Below are positions 37,429 to 44,540 of a DNA stretch of 44,540 bases, in pieces. How positions within the stretch are numbered: position 1 is the first letter of the stretch; every line of letters starts with the position of its first letter. The DNA is from Perkinsus olseni (Eukaryota). Made by a program: the position numbers and the translations under genes. The stretch is taken from positions 1 to 44,540 of the forward strand of contig JABANN010000271.1 of NCBI GenBank assembly GCA_013115125.1. Reading direction: 5' to 3'. The notes under the pieces were generated by a model. It made no database searches, was not told the origin of the DNA, and saw only the letters and a program-made list of their open reading frames with translations.

Positions 37429-39956
37429 GTCAACAGGAGACAAAAGTCGTCTGAACCCTCTTCTTCAGGCTCTGTCAGATTCCTTCCGCTCTCGCCCGGA
37501 TAGTGCGACATATTTGCACACTGGACAAGAGTTGAACGCGCAGCTTGCGCACAATCCTCAGAAGACAAGGAAGCACTTCCGCTCGTCCTATGGTGTCCCG
37601 GGGACAGTGCCTTGTCACACTTTGTGACACACCACGATATCGTGCGGTGCGGTTATTCATGAGTTTGTTAGGCCAGCGGCATGTTAAGTCGGCAGCTGCA
37701 CGTAGCACCCGAATACACCTTTTGACGGGTCTCATTCCTGTGGAGACCCGAAGCACCGTGCCGTACCGTGGCAGTGTTTGTAGTAGCAACCGCAGTGTTT
37801 TATTCAACGTCAGTCGGAGTGGGTATGAGGAATGAGTGTAATGATAATGGACTCCTCTTCTTCTCCTCACCAGCCGATGGGCTGCGACCGTCTTGCGCAG
37901 CAACAATGAGCGACCGGGTTTCGTGCGTATGACGCACCCACAGGCAGTCACAGGGACAGCACGCGACCTAGAGATTGACATGTGAGTCACAGCTGGACTA
38001 TCACGCCTGTAAAAGCTCTCCCTAGATGTAACCTGGGACCACTCCGCAACTAGGATTACTCCCGCAGCACCTTACCGTGAGGTGCACGGGGCAACGCGGC
38101 TTACGTTGCAAGGATACCTCTTTCAACCTTAAGGGACAAGTTATGAGTATCTTCCCGTGAATACTGAGTAAAATACAGACGTGCTCCACGGCTGTATATT
38201 TACTTTCAGGGCCCGCCAATACGCAGGCGCAGGGAATGTAGATTCAGTACTACTAGGGGCATGTTTCGTCATATCGCCACACCCTAATGAACACGGCAGT
38301 TACAAACGCGAGAGTTAATATCTCGAAGTCAACAAAGTTCGAAAACTGTCGTGGACCGAAGGATTGAACATGTTCTGTACGTATCGGTGCGGTTCATGCC
38401 TCTAGAATAACCAAGTTGAAGTTTGGGGATCTCAAGCACGTAATTGAGGACCTGAACTTCGAGGGCTATCGAGTGAAGCTCGAAATTAACCTCAAGGCCT
38501 CTTGAGCAGCTAGTGCCTGTGTTCTAAAGCTATCCGTGTTGAGCCTGAGAGTTCCTCTGCTAGTGGATCGCCCAGCGGCTCACTACCTCGCAGCCCTGAG
38601 GTGAATGATTGGAATATTATGGAGCTCGCAGTCTAGGGACTTGAGGAGAGCAAGCGGCTGATACTACTGCTCTGCGCCACGGTACCTCCTGGTGGTTGAA
38701 TGGACTACTCCCGCCTGCTCTTCAGATATGGACGAGCCGGCTTTCCGCCATGATGTGATGCCTGGGGACTGTCACATCGTGAAGACCTCCCTGAACATGG
38801 ACCTGGTAGGGGGTCGTTCGAGACGAATATATGGCGGTCCTGCAGTGGGTTTTCCGTCCGCACTGCGGACTCCGCAGCTTTGATCAATATGCTCGTAGAT
38901 CAAGTGTCTGATATGAAGCCTCAGCATGAATCGATTTAAACCATACGGTGGTATGAGAATGGGCCTTTTAGCGCTGGCTTTCACCACTGGCTTTTACCAC
39001 GGGCACGTCCGTTTCCTCATGCGCGTTCGCGGTGGCCCTGTCTCGCGCTCATCATTCAGCAAAGCATCCGCAAGTTTCGGCTGCTCTTCCGCTGCGCCCG
39101 TCGGTGTTTGCTATTCACCTCTTATATCAGGTGAGACCGCAGGCGGCGGCAACACTCCTTCTCCCGTCTCAAAAGAGTTGCAAAGTGTTCGAAGCAGAAA
39201 CTCCTCCAGCCGCTTACCGAGGCGGCACCTCTTGAAGAATCTGCACCTTGGGTCATCCGTCATCCGTCACAGGATTCGTCTTGGATGGAGCATCCGAGAC
39301 GAACATCAGAGGCCAGTCGATGATGCAGCGCTGCCCCATCCCGATGCCGCTGAGCCGCTAGCTGATACGCCCGTGGTCACAGAAGTTTCGGAGAGTTGTT
39401 AATAGTGCATATCGATCCAGGTGTCCCAGGGTCGATCCGGGACTTATCCATTGTCTGGGATTCCCGAGAAATGAGAATTGCAGGGGAACGCCGGGGAGAG
39501 TCTCATGGTGCATAGGAATGAACGTTGCAAGCAAGCTCTTCCTTTCGTCATTCGCAGCGGAAGTATCTACTGGTTGCCACCCCGATCACAACCCAATGTC
39601 GTCACTTTTACTAATAAAATAGAAATAGCGGTAAACAGGAGTAGAGAGCATTGAAGGTTAATCATTCGATTAGAGCGCGATATTATCGGCCTATCTCGTA
39701 GCCTAACATTGTTCCCACCTGCTCAGACAAAGATAAACTGAAAAGTAGCGATGGCTGGCAAGTTACGGATCATAATATGTAATAATTCGGTGAGCGCGAT
39801 AACTCAGGATCGGCTCGCCAGGATCCGTCAGGTGCCTTGAAAGCCACTGCAGTTCAGCTGACGAGACATTATGCTTCTCACGTATCATCATGGCTCTTCA
39901 GTGTCGCAGCTGTGGCATTAGATAAAGTCGTTGTGGTGGGCGTTAGGGAAAGATCA

Positions 39957-40260
39957 CTACGAAGTGCAGCAAAGACAATACATACCGTACTTTAGATCGT
40001 CTTTGATACCGCATTTGCCGCCGTAATACCAACAAGGTATAGTTATCATACCTATGCCGGAATCAATGCAGCGCTGGCAAATATCACATACCACGTTTAC
40101 TGTAGAGCTGAGGTCAGAGTCATCCTTAGGGAAGTATTGGCTCCTGGCAACATCATCCTGCACGGTGTAGGCGTTTATCTTCTTGAACTTGGAATCACCT
40201 TTGCAGAATAGCAAGGGCAACACCGATGAGAGCAACGCTCATAACAAAGAAGGGCTTCAT
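39957..40260 (-). pseudogene. Cys-rich precursor copy 2 with a +1 frameshift after the signal peptide (pseudogene or homopolymer sequencing error)
   Basis: ATG at 40260 reads MKPFFVMSVALIGVALAILQR*. The sequence is CTGCAAAGGTGAT versus CTGGAAGGTGAT in copy 1 (one extra base). The shifted frame encodes GDSKFKKINAYTVQDDVARSQY...CDICQRC..CWYYGGKC..CLCCTS*, and 81 nt of the pro-like region present in copy 1 are missing. Confidence 0.8.
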
Positions 40261-40356
40261 GTCTATACACTAAATGTTTACCCGTTGATAAAGTCGATGC
40301 TTCAGGGCGAAGGCGATACCCTGATAAGCTAGAGTCTTGCGTACCCCGATGGTGAC

Positions 40357-40374
40357 ACCGTGACGGTCCGTCAC
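40357..40374. promoter_or_regulatory. Overlapping palindromes upstream of copy 2 (candidate cis-element)
   Basis: ACCGT-G-ACGGT (centre 40362, 102 nt upstream of ATG) overlapping GTGACGG-T-CCGTCAC (40360-40374). Confidence 0.45.
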
Positions 40375-42210
40375 CGGGAGACAGATGCCGCTTGTACCCT
40401 CTGATCTCGGCTCTCTCAGATGCCTGCATGCAACCGAAACACTCTGAAACTCGACATGTCCGAAGGAATGGGGTACGCCAGGTCTTCAGGAGCTGCGAAC
40501 ACCATCACACTGCCGGTTTCTATAGCCGAAGGGTCTACAATGCAGGCAGTACGCATGCCCCGAAATCCGACGGTCAAGACAAAACTTCAAGTTCAAATTC
40601 CGATCGCCCTGCTCGACGAAAATTCAAGGCGACTAACCGAAACCCAAGGGTAACAGCCCATCTTTTGAAGGAGCAAACGTCTTCCAAGACGTGCCGCTTA
40701 TTAAGTCCGCTCTCGCCCGGATAGCTCAACACATTGGCACGCTGGCCAAGGGTTTAACGCGCGAAAAGACAAGGGAGCACTTTCGCTTGTCCCCCGGGGA
40801 CAGTGCCTTGTCACAGCTTGTAACAGACCACGAGATCGTGTGGTTATTCATGATTTCCTTAGGCCCGCGGTCTCTGGGCGTTTGACAAGTTGGCAACAGT
40901 ACCTGATCACACTTCAGACGGGTCACATTCCTGTCTCTTCGGCTGCCGACCGAAGTTGCGTGCCATCCCGAGACAGTGTTTGCAGTAGCACCCGCACTGG
41001 TTGACTCAACGTTCGTCGGAGTGGGTATGAGAAATGAATACAACGAAAATGAGCTCCTCTTCGTCTTCTAATCAGGCGATGGGCTGCGACCGTTTCATAC
41101 AGCAATAATGAGCGAGCGAGTTTCGTGCGTATGGCGCACAAACAGGCAGTCACAGGGACAGCTCCCGATCTAGAGAGTGACACGTGAGTCACAGGTGGAC
41201 TCATGCGTGTACAAGCTCTCCCTAGACGTAACCTGGGCCCACCTAGCAACTAAGACTCCTCACGCAGCATCTTACCGTGAGGTGCGAGGATGTTGTAAGG
41301 ATACCCCTTCCACGAATGACCGCTCCTCGCACCTTATCGTAAGGCGCAAGTCATGAATACCTTTCGGTGAATACTTTATTACCCTCCGGATTGGTCTCTG
41401 CCGAACTTCCGAGGATGGCATTACTGGGCTCCACCTGAAGTCAGTCCATGATGCAGTGCTGCTGCACCCCGTGGGGGTGACTTCGCTGCAACCGCGGTTG
41501 ATGTGGCCGGTCCATCAAGGAACAGAAGCTCGTGGATAGTGCGGATCGTTTGGCTGCCGCGGAACCGATTCAGAACAGATTTATTAAAGCCAGTCTACGG
41601 CTCGTCGCCATCGCGGAGAGCGGGCAGTTTAGCGGGACCGCTCTATCATCGGCAGAGTCGGGTCGTTGGGAGCAGACTGCTGAGATAGTAGTGCGTCTCG
41701 ATTGACCAACGCGTATGACCAATGTTTCAGGTGAATACAGGTAGATGCATAGCCTATGCAACATAGGTATCAACACCACATCATGTAAAAACCAGGAGCC
41801 TTCCAGACTCATGGCGCGCTCTGAGTGCGCCATGTGGGATGTGGCCTATCGTAACGCGAACTCCTTCGTCCATCCTTCCTCCCAGGAGTAGCTCTCTGTC
41901 GTTCGCAATATTACAACCAAACAAGATCTGCCTGTTGTAAAAACAAAGCGATATGTAGGTTCCCAGCGAGATATTTCCTTTTTCAACCACGACAAAACAG
42001 GCGGTGGAGAATGTCGGCAAATGGCGTATCTCAGTGGTAAACAGCTTCTAATGAGCGCGATACTTATGACCAGCTCGTCAAGTCCATGAGCTTCATAACC
42101 TACTGCCATGCAGTTGCTCTGAACGATGAAGTGAATGAAAAGTATCATAGCACTGACAAATCGCTAAAGTAGGTGATAGTCAGAGCAGTGCACAATTTCT
42201 GTCACAGAAA

Positions 42211-42615
42211 TCACTCTAAGTTCACTGCAGCGCAGCATGCGTATGTGAGACCGCCACCACAATCGTTGGCGTAAACCCAACAAGCAGGATCAGCAATAAT
42301 ACCAAAGGCGGAACTAATGCATTCCTTGCAATATATGCACGTCAGAAGTTCATCTGGGACGTCCCCGCCACCGTGGACGCCAAGCTTTTCAGATGAGCCT
42401 CGTTTGACCGACCTCACCGAGAACTGGGCGTCCGAAGCAGCTGGAGCACGGAGGACGGAGCCATCGTAGGAGCCATCATAAGAGGAGAATTGGCTTCTGG
42501 TGGTATTATCCTGCACGATGCGGGGGTCGATATCATTGGCCTCGGAATCACCCTCCCGAATAGCAAGAGTAATACCAATGCTAAACACGATGCTCACAAC
42601 AACAAAGGGCTTCAT
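42211..42615 (-). CDS. Small secreted Cys-rich precursor protein, copy 3 (134 aa)
   Basis: Signal MKPFVVVSIVFSIGITLA; conserved IREGDS, VQD..RSQF and LGVHGGG; dibasic VKR; C-terminal CIYCKEC-x12-CWVYANDC-x7-CC (7 Cys). Upstream flank similar to copy 2 out to ~42855. Confidence 0.88.
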   Translation of the reverse strand: MKPFVVVSIVFSIGITLAIREGDSEANDIDPRIVQDNTTRSQFSSYDGSYDGSVLRAPAASDAQFSVRSVKRGSSEKLGVHGGGDVPDELLTCIYCKECISSAFGIIADPACWVYANDCGGGLTYACCAAVNLE

Positions 42616-42721
42616 GTCTATACACCAAATTGGGTTTCGATGATGAGACGAGACTTCGGAGCGGAGGCGATAAGCTTGCTGGTGCTAAGCTAAGCTGTCG
42701 CCTAGCTCGATAGTGACGCCA

Positions 42722-42743
42722 ATACTGTGACAGTATCACTGTC
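42722..42743. promoter_or_regulatory. Overlapping palindromes upstream of copy 3 (candidate cis-element)
   Basis: ATACTGT-G-ACAGTAT (centre 42729, 114 nt upstream of ATG) overlapping GACAGT-ATC-ACTGTC. Confidence 0.45.
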
Positions 42744-43860
42744 CGTCATCGGGGACAAATGCGTACCTCCACTCCTCTTGGTCGGACCAAGTTGGTCCCG
42801 TTAGAGATCTACCATGCTTTGGCAACCAGAATACCCTGAAAGCCTGCATGTCCAATGACATACCTATAAGCATCTATGGACATTATCCATAGGTATGAGT
42901 TACTGAAGTTCTTCGGAAGCTATCGGCGTAGGCAATGCATAACGCTACGCTAGCAGTGGCCCGACTCACGGCTGAGTCGATCAACGTAGCTCGAACTCTA
43001 GGCAGCACGCACGAGCAGCGCAGTCGTTGTGGACGTCGATCACGAGATTTTCAAGGTCAGTTGCCTTTGTTCGCACGGCATGCGATAGGACGGCCTCTTG
43101 TGGAGATAGTTGCATCTTCGCATTCCGCGCGGTGGCGGCCACGGGCCGCTCATCATTGGGCCCATTACTTCCTACGCACGCCTGAACTGCTGATTCCTAG
43201 CTGAGGGAGTAGTTCCAGCGAATTCATGCAAAGAGGGCAAGCTCAGGCAGCCGATTTTATCTTCTTCTCGTCTTGCGTTGTCCATGAACGACCGCCGATA
43301 AGCAACACCGCGCTATGACATGTGGAAAGTGACTTTTCGAAAGTCTCTTACTGTAAGAGTCTTACAAATCCAACCGAGCGTTGTCGGTCCGGGCGTTCGT
43401 TTGCCATGATTCGCCCCAAGCTTCAACTAGGAGTCCGAGCTTAGTAGGGCTTTCCTAGGTTTCGGAAACCTGAATCCGTGGAATCCACGGGTTTCTCTGA
43501 GCTTAAGGTTGTTACATTGTCATACTTGCTCGTGTGCTTAGATTGCCTCCGCTATTACGTGCATCGCATGGTAATGTATCAGAAGTAAGTAAGCGCAGCT
43601 TGTCATGGCATTTGAGCGCAGCTTTTCCATCGGACAAAATTACATACTTATCCACCGTACACTGTTCTACAAGCCTAACGACCATTTCGGACTGTGGACC
43701 TTTTTTTCTCAGTTTTTGACGTCGAGAACGACACCTTGTAAATTACTATCACGTGTCCAGTGATGAACAGCCTGGGGACTAAATAATGCGTCCCAGATAC
43801 TGTATACTGTACTGTTAGCAACTGAACGAAGCCCTGCATCTTGGCCAAATTTTCAACACT

Positions 43861-43911
43861 GCAGAATCTTGAGTTCTGACAGAACTGTTCTGTCAGAACT
43901 CAAGATTCTGC
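43861..43911. repeat. Perfect 25-bp inverted repeat with a 1-nt spacer, containing nested palindromes
   Basis: GCAGAATCTTGAGTTCTGACAGAAC-T-GTTCTGTCAGAACTCAAGATTCTGC; the arms are exact reverse complements. Confidence 0.97.
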
Positions 43912-44540
43912 GAGATTCGCCCTGTTGATTGTAATAAATAATGCTCCCTTGAGTGTATCAAGTCACCGAAGATGTGAAGCGCATTGAAGGGGAGAGTCAG
44001 GGTTCAAGGCGCTACTTCGTTTTCGCGAGCCCTGAGCAGACTGGGATCCTACAAAATTGATGATTATCGTGCTCTGATTGCGGCGGCTGAAAGTGGGAGT
44101 CGCTTTCACGATCCATACTCCAGATCCACAGTCCTTCACCGGTAACGACACAGTGGCCCGTTATTTCCAGTATTATATGGCAGTCGTAGCGGACGAGGGA
44201 GAATCTTCATGCACATGCAAAACGGCTCGAGACTGTGGTTGCTGCCGCCATACATATGCCTCCCAGCTACCGGTCGGCGTACAAGACGAGTGAGTAGCGG
44301 AAGCTTTGGATCGTAGAGTGACTGATTGAATAGGTGTTATTCGGAGAGAGTTCAAACCGAGGAGTTGCACACTACTAGCGAGTCACTAGGTACATTCCTG
44401 AAAACCAAAAGTTTCGGAAACTAATACGTGCTCCGTCAACTACAAAAGAGTTCGCGCTTTGGGGGGGGTAAAACCTCTGGTCTCCGAGATGGGGCAAGGC
44501 GCGGTACCAAGCTAGCGTCGGAAAGGTCGACAGGACCTCA

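Larger units (their letters stand above)
34471..38165. repeat. Segmental tandem duplication, unit 1
   Basis: Colinear similarity to 38496-41375 starting at GGCCTCTTGAGCAGCTAGTGCCTGTGTTCTA in both (offset 4025) and ending near ...GTGAATACT. It differs by substitutions and several large indels. Confidence 0.93.
38496..41375. repeat. Segmental tandem duplication, unit 2
   Basis: Colinear with 34471-38165. Lacks the MITE and the segments ~34790-35190 and ~35490-35883 of unit 1, and has ~280 extra nt (~40425-40705) partly shared with the third copy. Confidence 0.93.

Overview
Compact eukaryotic (protist) genomic DNA with many short (~35-55 nt) GT-AG introns. By gene style it most resembles a Perkinsus-like alveolate (inference, not proven). 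It opens with a TAA(C/G/A) satellite and an intronless secreted-protein ORF. An 18.6-kb, intron-dense axonemal inner-arm dynein heavy chain gene (DNAH6-like, + strand, ~4554-23165) follows. Next come an intronless secreted three-domain protein (- strand) and a run of + strand intron-containing genes, including a helical-repeat (OPR/HPR/FAST-like) putative RNA-binding protein. The last 10 kb is an accessory region: a diverged ~4-kb tandem duplication plus a third partial copy, each carrying a small secreted Cys-rich precursor gene (two intact, one frameshifted). One copy holds a 308-nt TA-flanked MITE whose empty site is visible in the sister copy. This region is also strongly enriched in odd-centred 7-1-7 palindromes, often chained with 7-nt spacing, and one such palindrome is kept by compensatory changes ~100 nt upstream of each peptide gene. 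Exon boundaries were read by eye, so the ends of intron-containing genes are approximate.
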